Shown in pieces: positions 51,830 through 64,000 of a stretch of 64,000 bases of DNA. How positions within the stretch are numbered: the first letter of the stretch is position 1; each line of letters starts with the position of its first letter. The DNA comes from Vicugna vicugna (taxonomy: Eukaryota), in the NCBI GenBank assembly GCA_013265495.1, contig MU058000.1:1736001-1800000 (forward strand), given 5' to 3'. Under the pieces are notes generated by a model that was not told where the DNA came from, searched no databases, and saw only the letters and a program-made list of their open reading frames with translations. A program made the position numbers and the translations under genes.

Positions 51830-52245
51830 GAAAATAAAGAATTATAAACTGATAAGGACTCAGGGTGAAAAACAAAGTAGCCAGTGGGGGATATAACAGA
51901 TGGATCTAATCCACTCTTGGAAGTGGAAGGCAGTGGTAGCGGTCAGAAGTGAACTCCCTGAACAAGTAATATTTCAATTGAGATGAAAAGTATGAGTAGA
52001 TTAGTTAGGCAAGAATGAGGTTTTCTAGGCATAGGAAATAGCATGTACAAAGGTCTGGATAACAAGAAGGAACATACCATATCCCAGGGTCAGTCTGGCT
52101 TGAAACAAGGGCGAGCAGAAGAGGTAAGAGATGATATGATGCTGGAGAAGGAGGAAGGAGTCAGTTTTTCAAGGGGTTAGTAGGCAATTTAAGTATTGTA
52201 GGTGTAATTTAAAGAGCAAAGGGGAGACCTTGAAGGTTTTCAAAT
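51830..52245 (-). mobile_element. L2 fragment, antisense
   Basis: ttctaggcataggaaatagcatgtacaaaggtctgg...gagcaaaggggagaccttgaaggttttcaa. Confidence 0.7.
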
Positions 52246-52329
52246 TACCTAGTACAAAACTAGGAAAAAACTCTTTAATTGGGGGCAACAGTGGATACTG
52301 ATTAAAGATTTAGCAACCCTGTAATTCGT

Positions 52330-53730
52330 AAGCCTTCATTGCCCCATTGTTCCTTTTCATATACCCTGATGATCTTAATTCATATTTCAGAGATGATGAA
52401 AGGAATTAGAAGAAACTTGCACAAGTTTCCATCATCACCTCTACAAAATTGCATGTGTCAATATTTATATCCTCTGCCTCATCTTTTGACACTATGGAGG
52501 GAAGGTCATTCCTCCAATTCAAGGCTGATTCCTCCATCTGTTCAGTAGACTTCATTCCCACATCCCGCATCAGCTGTCAGCAATTCCATTTCTCAGCAAA
52601 ACTTTGAAAGAAGTTAACTCTACTTACTATCCAGCTCCACGTTTCTAATATCCATCTTCTCTCAAACTCACTACTATGATTTAATTCCCACTATTCTAGT
52701 CTAATAGCTATCAAGATCACCAATATAGCCTCCACACTGCAAAACCCTACTAAGTTTGACATTAGTATTTGACATAGTGGATCACTACTACTTTCCTGAA
52801 ATATTTTTTTCTTGATTTCTGTGATTCTACTTCCTTTTGTTTTCTTCTCTATATTATTGGCTGACCTTTCTGCCCTATTTTCCAAATCTTTAGAAATTAG
52901 AATGTCTTAAGTATCAGTTCTTAGATCTTTTCCATTTCCTTCCCTTTTTTTCCATTTTCTTTCCTTCTCTGCCTAAATATAATTCCTTTGGTTGTCATCC
53001 ACTGTCAAGGCTTCACATTCTTCCTATTTTTTGATTTTCTACCAGAAAATCGCTTCCCTCAATACTAAATCCATATGACCAGCTACTTCTGTAAAATTTG
53101 CCTTTAATTGGTCACCTCTTTGCACCATAGACTATAAAACTGCCCCTCTCAGTTTCTCAGTAAATGGAAACTCCATTCTCCTAACTTCAGTCCAAATTCT
53201 CTTGGTATCTTTATTCCTCTGTGTCTTTCTCATTCACATCTAATCCATCAGCAAATCCTTTCGGCTATGCCTTCAAAATGTGACCAGAACCAAATGACTT
53301 CTCGATTTCTGTGTAAGTAGCATCTTGTCTCAAGTCAGTTCTCATGTCTTTCTGGACCATTGCTGTAGTCTCCTCCTGTTGTCCCTGTTTCTAACCTTGC
53401 CTTCCAACAACTATTCTCCACATACAAGCCAGAATAATACATGGAAGAAAAAAAAAAAGCGTAACACTATGACATGCTTTTCCCAAAACCCTCAAGTGAC
53501 TTCCCATCTCACCTGACATGAAACCTAATGATATGACTCTGGTTTACAAGGTCTTATTTGTTCTAGCTCCTGCTTATCTCTCCAGCCACACTTCCTGTCA
53601 TTCTTCCTCTTTCTCACTTCACTGAAGCTGTACTGTGGTCCTTGATGCTCTGTAAACATACCTCTGGCCTCCGCATCTTTACACAGGTTGTTTTATTTTC
53701 CTGAATGTTCTACTGTCACGTATCTGCATT
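52330..53730 (+). mobile_element. L2, sense, long fragment (3' end continues at 57470-57690)
   Basis: cacatctaatccatcagcaaatcctttcggctatgccttcaaaat...tctggaccattgctgtagtctcct...ggtttacaaggtctta. Confidence 0.8.
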
Positions 53731-54891
53731 TATAATGGGTATTTTTCTTTTCAATTTTTGAGATTTTTTGTACTGATATTTCATGGAAGAAATTATATTT
53801 TAAAAGATGATTTGGAATACAATTATAAATTTGTTAAACACACAACACATTCATACACACATGGAGTAATATAATTATAACTGAAATTGTAAAATAATAC
53901 TATCCTTTTTTCTATGTGAAATACTTGACATTTTCTTTCTGTATTATATTTTTTTCTATTTTATCAAGAATGCTGTTCTTGAGAGGGATCAAGATGGTAA
54001 AGCAGTAAGATTCTGAGCTTACCTCCTCCCATGGGCATAAAATTAAAATGGAAACACAACATTCCAAAATCTATGGGATGCAGCAAAAGCAGTTCTAAGA
54101 GAGAAAGTTATGGTGATACAGGCCTACTTCAGGGAAAAAAAACTGAGATAAACAATCTAACCTTACACCTAAAGGAACTAGAAAAAGAAAAACAAACAAA
54201 ACCCGAAGTTTGGTAGAAGGAAGGAAATAATTAAGATCAAAGCAGAAATAAATGAAATTGAAACTAAAAAGAAATAGAAAATGTCAATAAAACTAAGAGA
54301 TAGTTCTTTGAAAAGATAAACAAAATTTTTATATCTTTAGCCAGACTTACAAAAAAAAAAAAAACCAAAAAACTGAGAGAGAGGCCAAATAAATAAAATC
54401 ACAAATGAAAGATAAATTACACCCAACACCACAAAAATACAAAGGCTCGTAAGAGATTACTATGAACAAGTGAAAGCTAACAAATTGGATAACCAAGAAG
54501 AAATGGATAAATCCCTAGAAACACATAATCTTCCAAAACTGAATCAGGAAGGAGAAAATCTGAACAGACTCATTTCTAGTATGCCATTGGATTAGTAATC
54601 AAAAAACTCCCTCCCAAAAAACCAAACATCCAGGACCAGACAGCATCAGAACTGAATTACAAACATTTAAAGAAGAGTTAATGCCTATCCTTCTCAAATT
54701 ATTCTAAAAAACTGAAGAGGAAGGAACATTTCTGAACTCATTCTCTGAGGCCATCATCACCTTGAAACTCAAACCAGACAAATACACTACAAAGAAAATT
54801 ACAGGCCAACATCTCTGATGAACACAGATGCACAAATCCTCAACAAAATATTACCAAACCAAATTCAATAATAGATCACACACCGTGATCA

Positions 54892-55713
54892 TTGGGACTT
54901 ATTTCAGGGATGCAAGGATGGTTCAGCATGCACAGATCAGTCAATGTGAGACACCACATTAACAAAAAGAATAAAAATCATATTATCTCAATAGATGCAA
55001 AAAAAGCATTTGTCAAAATTCAATATCCATTTATGATAAAAACTCTCAATAAAACGAGTATAGAGAGAACATACCTAACATAATAAGGGCCACAAATTAC
55101 AAACCCACAGCTGTCTTACTCAATGGTGAAAAGCTGAAAGCATTTCCTCTAAGATCGGGAATAAGAAAAGGATGCCCACTCTCACCACTTCTTAGTCAAC
55201 ATAGTGCTGGAAGTCCTAGCCACAGCACTCAAATAGGCAAAAGAAATAAAAGGAATCCAAATAGGAAGGAAAGAATTAAAACTGTCACTATTGACAGATG
55301 ACATGATACTATATATAGAAAACAATGCAGACTCTGCCGAAAAATTATTAGAATTAATAAATAAACTCAGTAAAGTTGTGGGATACAAAATAAACATACA
55401 GAAATGCATTGCATTTTTATACACTAATAATGAGCTATCAGAAAGAGAAATTCTAAAAATGTCATTCACAATTACATCAGAAAGACTAAAGTACCTAAGA
55501 ATATATTTAACAAAAGAGATGAAAGATCTATACTCTGAAAACTGTAAGACAAGGATGCAAGAAATTGAAGACAAAACAAAAAGTAAAAATAATAAATACC
55601 ATGCTCATGGTTTGGAAAAATTAATACTGTTAAAATGTCCATACTACTCAATGCAATACATAGATTTAATGCAAAATCTACCAAAATATCAATGGCATTA
55701 TTCACAGAACTAG
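54892..55713 (+). pseudogene. L1 ORF2 reverse-transcriptase domain, frameshifted and with stop codons
   Basis: [32 protein letters not shown] and [10 protein letters not shown]...LSKVVGYKINIQK. The FADD motif has decayed to LTDD. Confidence 0.9.
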
Positions 55714-56829
55714 ACTAATATCCTAAAACTTGCAAGAAACCAAAAAGAACACTAAAAAGCCAAAACAATCTTAAGAAAAAAAAAGAACAGAGCCAGACGT
55801 GTTATGTTCCCTGATTTGAAACTATACTTCAAAGCTATAATAATCAAAATTGTATAGTACTGGCACAGAAACAGACTCATATGTCAATGAAAGAGGATAG
55901 AGAGCCCAGAAATAAACTCATGCTTTTCTGGCCAATTAACCTCTGACAAAGGAGGCAAAATATATGCACTGGGGAAAAGACAGCCTCTTCAATAAACAGT
56001 GTTGGGAAAGTGGGACAACTACGTGCAACAGAATGAAAACGGACCACCTTCTTACATTATATTCAAAAATAAGCCCAAAATAGATTAATGACTTACATGT
56101 AAGATCTAAAACATAAAACTCCTAGAAGAAAGCATAGGCAGTACGCTCTTTTACTTAGCAATATTTCTTTCGGATATGTCTCCTCAGGCAAGGGAAGCAA
56201 ACACAAGAATGAAAAATGGGACTTCAAAATAAAAAACGGTTTTTGCATAACAAAAGAAACCATCAACAAAATGAAATGTCAATCTACTGAATAGGAGAAA
56301 ATATTTTCAAATGTTATACCCAATATGAGGTTAATATAAAAGAACTAGTACAACTAAGTATCAAAAAACAATCAGTTTGAAAAATGGGCAGAGAACCTAG
56401 ATAGACCATTTTCCAAAGAAGAATTACAGATGGTCAACAGACACATGAAAAGATGCTCCACATTACTCACTATCAGGGAAATGCAAATCAAAACCACAAT
56501 GAGATCTCACTTCACACCTGTCAGAATGGCTATTATTAAAATGATAACAAATAACAAGTGATGGCAAGGATGTGAAGGAAAGGAACCATTGTGAACTTTT
56601 GGTGGGATTGTAAATTATTGCAGCCACTATGGAGAACAGCATAGAGGTCCTCAACAAATTAAAAAGAAAACTGTCATATGATTCAGCAATTCTTAGTATT
56701 TACCTGAAGAGAACAAAAACACTAATTTGAAAGATATGTGTACTCCAATATTCATTGCAGCATTATTTACATAGCTGAAATATGGAAGCAATCTAAGTGT
56801 CCATTGATAGAAGAATAGACAAAGATGTG

Positions 56830-56883
<54 letters not shown>

Positions 56884-56884
56884 G
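56830..56884. repeat. (TG)/(TA)n microsatellite in the L1 3' region
   Basis: Directly visible. Confidence 0.9.
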
Positions 56885-57469
56885 AATATTACTCAACTAT
56901 TAAGAATAAAGTCTTGCCACTTGTGACACCATGGTTGGATCTAGAGGACATTGTGGTAAATGAAATAAATCAGAGGAAGACAAATACCATATGATCTCAC
57001 TCTTATGTGGAATCTAAGAAAACAAAATAAATGAACAAACAAAACAAAACAAAAACAGATACATATATCTGAAGAACAGACTCATGTTTGCCTGAAGGAA
57101 AAGCTGGGGGTTGAGGTAAAATAGGGGAAGATTAAGAGGCACAAACTTCCAGTTATAAAATAAATGTCATGAGTATGTAATATACAGCAAAAGGAATATG
57201 GTCAATGACACTGCAATAACTTTGTGTGGAGACAGATGGTTACCAGACATTATGGTGATCATTTCATAGTATATTTAAATGTCAAATCATTATGTTGTAC
57301 ACGTGAAACTAACATAATATTATGAATCAACTATAATTCAATAACAGATTATAAATTAAAAAAAATCCCAGTTATATCTCAGAAAATGCTATCGTTGACA
57401 CACCAAATTGATTTTATGACCTTTTTCTTTCCATTTGAAAACGACTGTTATAAAAAATGGTACATATCT

Positions 57470-57690
57470 AATGGTCATTCTTTATCATATTTATTCTGCT
57501 TTAGTTTTATAGTAGCACTTATCTTCAGCTTATACGTTATGTGTTTACTTATTTCTTTGCTACCTTTACTCCACTAAGATGAACAGTCATGAATGCAGGA
57601 GCTCTGGTTGAGGACTGTATGTCCTACATCTATTGCAATGCCAGATATTTAGTGAGCCCTCAAAAGACACATGCTGATAAATAAATAATT
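57470..57690 (+). mobile_element. L2 3' terminus
   Basis: tagtagcacttatc...ccactaagatgaacagtcatgaatgcagg...tgctgataaataaataat. Confidence 0.65.
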
Positions 57691-57714
57691 CAGGCATGAT
57701 GCTATGCATGAGAT

Positions 57715-57945
57715 ATTTAATAGGCTATAACAACAAAAATGCGTGATGGATTAGATCTGAGTCATGAATGAGACAAAAGTTTAAGGACCTACCTTATGAT
57801 TCTGGCTTACTCAGCTAAATGATGGTAGCATTCCCTAAGGAATACTACCGTGCTCTGGACAAGGTATTTGAAGGAAGAAACAGGTTTAATTTTGGACCAG
57901 TGGAGGTTGAGTTGTTTTAGAACATGTAAGACGAGACATCAAGCC
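57715..57945 (-). mobile_element. L2 fragment, antisense
   Basis: gtgatggattagat...ttctggcttactcagctaaatgatggtagcattccctaag...ttttggaccagtggaggttgag. Confidence 0.65.
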
Positions 57946-59175
57946 TTGAATCACCTGAATGAAACTGGCACAGGTCCCATGCAAGACATTCAAATTCAAA
58001 AGTTCAGGTGCAATATATCATTTTTATATTATCTTTTTCTTTCCCATTTCTTTTCTCTATACAACTTTTTTCTTAGGTCACAAATCTAAGAATATAAATT
58101 ACCTTCTTTTCCACGTGTTCTGAAATATGAGATTATACTTTCTCATTTTAGAAGCCACAAAAGATCATATTTTTAAAATTTGAAAACTTATATGGTTATG
58201 TGGGTAAATAAGGAAAAGATGAAATTTCCCACAATTTCCCTGACAAAACATATTGGAATCCACAATGTTACTGTCAGAGAAATATTTGACTTTTTTAATT
58301 CAGAAATTGGATGGGCTAGCTATGGGCTAATCCAGGGCCAGAGACTTCTCAAGCTATTGGTGTGAATATCACTGAGTGAACGTAATGCTGCGACAGGGAC
58401 TGAAGTCCCAGCTTCCTGGCCAGAGGGGTCCTCGAGGGGAGGCTGTGAATCACACAGTGGCAGCATTTAGCCCAATATGCAAGAAATCATTTCAAGCCTA
58501 GCCATTTCTCTGTCACCCTCTTTCTCGAAACTTGCTTTTAATTAAACACTGATAACAGGAGAACAATACAAAGAAAAGAATTTGTTGGGAAAAACTTAAG
58601 GCAACATTCCCTGAATGTTCAATAATAATAATTATACTTTGTAGAAAAAAATGGCAATCTTGATTAAATGCATTTGAGAATTGCAGCGTTAAATAGGTGA
58701 TGTAGGTTGACTTACTCTGGGACTCTGCACTATATAATGTGTATTTTATGTCTCCAAGAAGATTATCTAACATCCAGGTGATTCAGAACACTTTGTGAAG
58801 GTGAAATCTTTTTTTTGTTGTTTTATTTCTTTTTTTTTTAGGTAAATATCTCAAGATATGATTCATGGGACATATTTTGAGACATGCTAGCATGGGTTCT
58901 TTTGTTATCGCTCTTATATTAAAAATTATATTTTTGAAAAGGGATATATCATCACAAAAGTCCCAGATTATGGTAGGAAGAACATCAAGGCCACTTCTCA
59001 TACTTATCAGTCTCATTGTGAACATTGTGTTTTTTATTTGTAAAAAGAGGTAACAGTAATCCTAGCCTAAACAATTAAAAACAAGAAAACATTATCTTCC
59101 ACAGTGTCGCAGAGTCTTCATGGGCCCAAATAGATCTAATTTTGAGGATTTTATTTTACACTTAAATTTCTTTCT

Positions 59176-59321
59176 GAAATATTTTCAAAAATTTTTTATT
59201 GGGGGAAAAGTAAGTAGGTTTACTTATTCATTTATTTTTAGAGGAGGTACTGGGGATTGAACCCAGGGCCTTGTATATGCTAAGCACGCACTCTACCACT
59301 AAGCTATACTCTTCCCCCTCC
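59176..59321 (-). mobile_element. tRNA-derived camelid SINE (Vic-1-like)
   Basis: Reverse complement gggggaagagtatagcttagtggtagagtgcgtgcttagcatatacaaggccctgggttcaatccccagtacctcc is homologous to 25032-25151. Confidence 0.88.
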
Positions 59322-59559
59322 ATTTCTTCTTATTCACATCTTCTTTTAACTTTTAAACACTACAGTGTCACTCCTCTTTCCTGCTCAGCCCAGGAATTAT
59401 TGCCAGGGGATCTCTTTCAAGTCTTATAATCGAGACAGAAATTAAAGACTTTCTGTGTTATTTTTAATTTTCAATCATGGCTTCTAAAATCGAGGTTCAA
59501 ATCTTTTTTAAGAGCTATGGCTAGAACTGTAATGGCTTGTTTGGGGGAAAATTATATTT

Positions 59560-59900
59560 GTTTCAATCAAGGCAGATCTCTCACCAAAACTTACACTCAC
59601 AGGATAGATAAGAACAGGAACATCTCCTGAGCACTTCCACATCATTTTGGATGTCCAGGTCCAAATGCATTTATTAGAGACAGAAAGGACCTGGTTCAGT
59701 AGGAAGGTGCAATCACAGAACCGTGAAGGACTGTGTACTAGTTATAGATAGAGCTTTACAGGGCAAGGGTAGCAGTACCAAATATATCCTTAATAAGACC
59801 GCTTGGTTTACTTGAGATTGGGGAGGTTGGGGTGGAGAAGCACATTTTACACAGCTTGAGTTGTCACTTGTCACAAGAGGATTGTTTACATTTATAACTG
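59560..59900 (-). mobile_element. Possible degraded LTR
   Basis: tttatt (antisense polyA signal) near 59670 and LTR-like composition. Termini are not resolved. Confidence 0.3.
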
Positions 59901-60269
59901 AAGAAAAAACAAAGCGGAAATGTTAATATATTTTTCATTTTTGAACCCAACTTATAAAATTCTTGAAATAGAGTAGATGGCCAATAGTAGCTTTTAAATG
60001 TTTTATTACTAGGTTGAAAGCAGCTGACAGACTTCCAGAATAAGTATAGTTTTGGGGTTTTTTTTTTTAAGAAAACCTGAACAAATTGGTTAATGCAAAA
60101 AATTAGTGTCTTTTTTTTTTAATGTGAGAGTTGGAGATGAAGGTGACAGGGGAGATGTGGAGTTCATGGGGCGACTAGGTACGCATAATTGTAAAGTTTT
60201 AAGAGACAGCAAATGATGGTTTATATGCTACAAATACCATACATTTGAAAATAATTGTTGTTTTTTCCA

Positions 60270-60940
60270 ACTGTGCTAACTCCTAAGCTAGCTGCTACGT
60301 AGGAGTCATCTATCACTGAGAAAAAACAGACTTTGACAGTTGATAAATGCATACCTAACCATACCACACAAAGCTAACCAAAGCGAGAAGTCTGGAAATC
60401 TGCAGTGTTCCAGTTGAGTATTCAGCTGATACTGATCAGCACTTGCATGTGAGGGAATTACACGCGGCTGAGAAAAGAACCACCTGAAAGGACTGGCGGG
60501 AACAATGCTTGGCATTCACGTAGGACCTGGAATTGTATTAATTTCACCAGCCAGACTGGAGACCCTCATGATTCATGGGGCACTGGGTAGAGCCCACAGA
60601 TGGTTTTCGTCTCAGTGTTGGGAGGAAAATAGCCCTCGAATAAGCATTGTTCTGGTCCCTCCTAACAAATATTAAAAGTAAGGCCACCTCTTCCACCAAA
60701 GTCAGACTGTTTCCAAGTATCACAATGACATCCCAGGATGAAGTTCAAGCATACCAATAAGAATTTTTAAAAATCGGCCTCCCCTAAAAAAGGCAAAATT
60801 GAAAAGTCTAACATCCAATCAAAAATAACAGGCATTCAAAGCAGTAAGAAAATATTATCCATAAGCAGAAGTCAAACAATCAAAAACAAACTAGAACTGG
60901 CTTAGGTTTAGAATTAACAGGATATTAAAACAGGAATGTA
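60270..60940 (+). mobile_element. Old L1 5'UTR and ORF1-start fragment (L1M4/L1ME-like)
   Basis: ccagccagactggagaccctcatgattcatgggcactgg...catccaatcaaaaataacaggcattcaaagcag. Confidence 0.65.
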
Positions 60941-60959
60941 TTCAGGTAAACGGGTGGTG

Positions 60960-61316
60960 CAGACTGAGGGAGGCAGAGCTTCAACTGAATTTCAAATTCT
61001 CCATGCACAGCACTATTTTGCCCATTCTGCACTCCCACAAACCACTACAAATGACAGAGCGGGGTGAGGAATTCAATACCCCGGCGTCCTCAGCCTCAAC
61101 TGGGACAACTCTGAGGCTTGCTATACGTCACCATGGGACTCCCTCATAGAATGATGCCAGTTGTGCAAAGTGGGTACTTTTTATTTTGTTTCCTTTCTTC
61201 TCAGTCTGACTTTCTCACTCCCTTAATTTTGTCTCATAGTATCTTCTTCTAAATAAATTACTTGAGCTTAAATCCTTACCTTGGGATCAGCTTCTGAAGA
61301 AATCCAAGTTATGACA
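60960..61316 (+). mobile_element. ERVL LTR (LTR16-like) 3' part
   Basis: cctcaactgggacaactctgaggc...aaataaattacttgagcttaaatccttacc...cagcttctgaagaaatccaagttatgaca. Confidence 0.7.
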
Positions 61317-64000
61317 GTGACTATTTGGGAAGATTTATACTAAATATCTAGCTGAAATGCTTGCTGCTGTTAAGGAAGACAAGTGGTGAGCTCAGTCTGA
61401 ATTCCCATAATTGAGATTTTGGTTTCCATTCCGCATAAGTGTTTGGCTATTTCAGATAAATAAGTGATATTTACCTCCATTTTCTTGTCTCTTCTTTAAC
61501 TTTTTTCATTATGTGCTGTGTGTTGGGGGACAGAAGGAGAGGTGCTTGAACAGAACTTTCTTTCCTCTTTGAATACTAGCATCCTTCAGCAAACTAAAGC
61601 TTTGAAAATTTCCTGATGGATTTAGAATGGAAACACCCAATGGCACACTAGGATCTTCTCTTACGTACTAGCTGAATTTTAAATAAGAAGTTCTCAATAT
61701 ATTTGCCTTCAGACATTATCTTACTCATTTATAGCCAAAAAAAAAAAAAACCCCACTTTATTCCAACTAGATATTTTGCCCATTTCTTCATTTTTCTATA
61801 GGTACCAAAAGTCTGTCGAGATAAGATTCATGGAGTTACCGTTACAATTTTTGTCACTTTAAGGTAACATGTTAGCATTATTAAAGCGTGGGATTTCCTT
61901 TTATTAATGAGTATTTTATTGCTATATTTTATCTAAGAAAAAGTGAAAGGGATGACTATTTTGTGTGAATATTTTCAGGATGAAGTGGAGGAAATATTTT
62001 GTGATAACTAAAGGGTCCTCTGTTGAGACAATATACAATAAAACTTCCTACCATGATCATGAACAACCATAAGCATTTCCTTTATTTTTAACATAAATAG
62101 TTTTGCGAGTTCACATCTCTTCAGGTTTTAAGGAATTAGTTTTGAATTTTTGTTCGTCAGAAAGAGTAATGATTTGTTTGAAATTAGTTTGCTCTTTGAT
62201 GGAACAAACCACTGTATTTCCACTTGGGAATAATCATTTAGTCCTGATGCCTAAATAAATGTCCTAGGGGAATTTTTATAAAGATCTGGAGAGATTCTCA
62301 ATTCCTCACTGGATGCCATACTGAATAAATGCTTTTTATAAGGCAGTAAGAGAATAGCTCAAAAATCTACAAAAGGCATTATTCAAAAGAATATTCAACC
62401 AAAATCATTTTATTCCATAACTAAAATAATATTAATTAGTAAATAGTTATTGCCTGTAACTGTTTTTCACAACTCTTTAAATGAAGTCCCTTTCCTTGAA
62501 CTATTTCAGACACAAACAGAACTGAAGACCCTTGCCCACTTATCCACCCATCATCTTTGAAAAGGTGGACCAAGAGAGGATCATTTACCATCTAGCCCTG
62601 TGGACATTATCTCCTCACTACTTTCCTCCTTAGGCGGAAACCTGTCTTTTTCTTTTGTTCCCAAAAGGATTGAGAGTGAGGATACAGGATTATAACTTCC
62701 CCTTACTAACTGGGACAAATTATTTCTAACAAATACTATAAAGCAGCAGTGATATACATATAACTATAATTCAAGTCATGTCATGTGTCCTTCCTCCCCT
62801 TGTTGCTGCTGATAAACATCATCTCACAATGGACTAAAGTAAGCCTTAGGGTACTATCCTCTCCTAGTCACAGTGTATCAAGTCCATTTTCCCACAAATG
62901 AAGCAAGCATTGCCAAAATGGCTAAGGGGTATACCTATTGGCTGATGCAATAATACTGGAGGTCCCTGGGCATATTCCATCATCTAAAACAAAAATAATG
63001 ACGTTTTAAATATTAAATGAGTCTATTTAGGCCAGACATTCAGAATAGAGCTTGACATATAGAAAGACTTCAGTAAGTCAGTTGCTGTTACTGTAAATCT
63101 TTGCACTGGGGCATTATCCGAGGCAAAATGAAAGAAAGAGGTCTTTGTCATTCTGACTTTTCCACAGTCTAGTTTAATAAAATAACGTCAATGGTACACG
63201 GCAGCAAGAGTCCAAGGACAGGTGGTATAAGTGTCTTTACCACTAGCAGATTCAGAGCATTTTAAATTGTTATTAATTCTGGTAATATACTTGCTTGGGA
63301 ATTCATTTTATGAATCTGGTTTCCAACTTTATGGACTTTTCATTTGGTATTACCTTCTTCTATAATGCAGATAAATGTATTTCATTTGGATTTCAATCAG
63401 ATTAAGATAATCTACAAATCAGGATTGCTTCCAACTCACCAGGGCACCACTATATTAAGCCTGGCCTTTATTCAATGATCAAAACACTGTGTACTCTTGA
63501 GTGGTCCATTTTTCCTCATCTGAAGAGAAAGGCTACTGATTATAGTTTCCCTACCTTTGTAGGTCCAGGCCTTCATGGAGACTTTGAAAGTAAAATTAAT
63601 CTTCTTAATTGCATCATGATTCCCCAGTCCAGTGTTAAATTACCTATTCTTTTCCTAATATTAAAATAGATCTACTGTGCAAAATATCTTCCCTTAATAT
63701 TTACTTCAACCCAGTGACTGATTTTACTCATTTTTTCAGTAGAATAGTTTTATCCTTTCAGGAGTTGAGTGAGCTCTCATGTAGTCTAGTGTCTACCCTC
63801 GGAAACTTTCAAAGATTATGAATGGATGTATTAACATTAAATGAGTTTAGCTATAGATATACAGACAGAGATACAGGATTTTGCCATGATTAGCAGATAT
63901 AAAGTACTAAATAATTTATTATAATTGCCAAGGATTGGGATTTGGGGCCAACCCCTTGCTCTGGCATGGGTTCTGGTACAGAGCCAGTGCTCACAGGCAG

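Larger units (their letters stand above)
53981..57365 (+). mobile_element. L1: ~60-nt 5' terminus fused to ORF2 (after the endonuclease) through the 3'UTR and polyA
   Basis: gagagggatcaagatggtaa...cctcctccc is followed directly by aaatggaaacacaacattccaaaatctatgggatgcagcaaaagc (NGNTTFQNLWDAAKA). RT and C-terminal ORF fragments follow, ending caactataattcaataa...aaaaaaa. Confidence 0.92.
53760..57450. mobile_element. hAT-Charlie-like MITE split by the L1
   Basis: The right piece aaaatgctatcgttgacacaccaaattgattttatgacc...tttgaaaacgactg resembles a Charlie terminus. The left piece ends aagaatgctgtt. Confidence 0.5.

Noticed and set aside
54031..56994. Active reverse transcriptase or novel retroelement system
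   Set aside because: ORF2 is broken by many stops and frameshifts and the FADD motif has decayed. It is a dead L1.

Overview
AT-rich, CpG-depleted mammalian non-coding DNA (intergenic or intronic). It is most likely a camelid (alpaca, llama or camel), judging by two tRNA-Ala-like Vic-1-type SINEs and cetartiodactyl-type L1 3' ends. I find no intact protein-coding gene, CpG island, true RNA gene or CRISPR-like array. Every ORF I can recognise is a decayed L1 ORF2 or ERVL pol remnant. The window is a mosaic of L1, L2, MIR, MaLR/ERV LTRs and hAT/Tigger MITEs, with one 49-N assembly gap. The most notable structures are two separate L1 copies whose extreme 5' terminus is fused directly to mid-ORF2, a near-complete MER53 hairpin (the miR-1302 source family), several multi-level nested insertions, an ERVL pol/PPT/LTR junction, a candidate 37-nt exon and a short-loop G-quadruplex. 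I see no convincing new biological system. Repeat subfamily names come from recalled consensus sequences and need Dfam/RepeatMasker confirmation.
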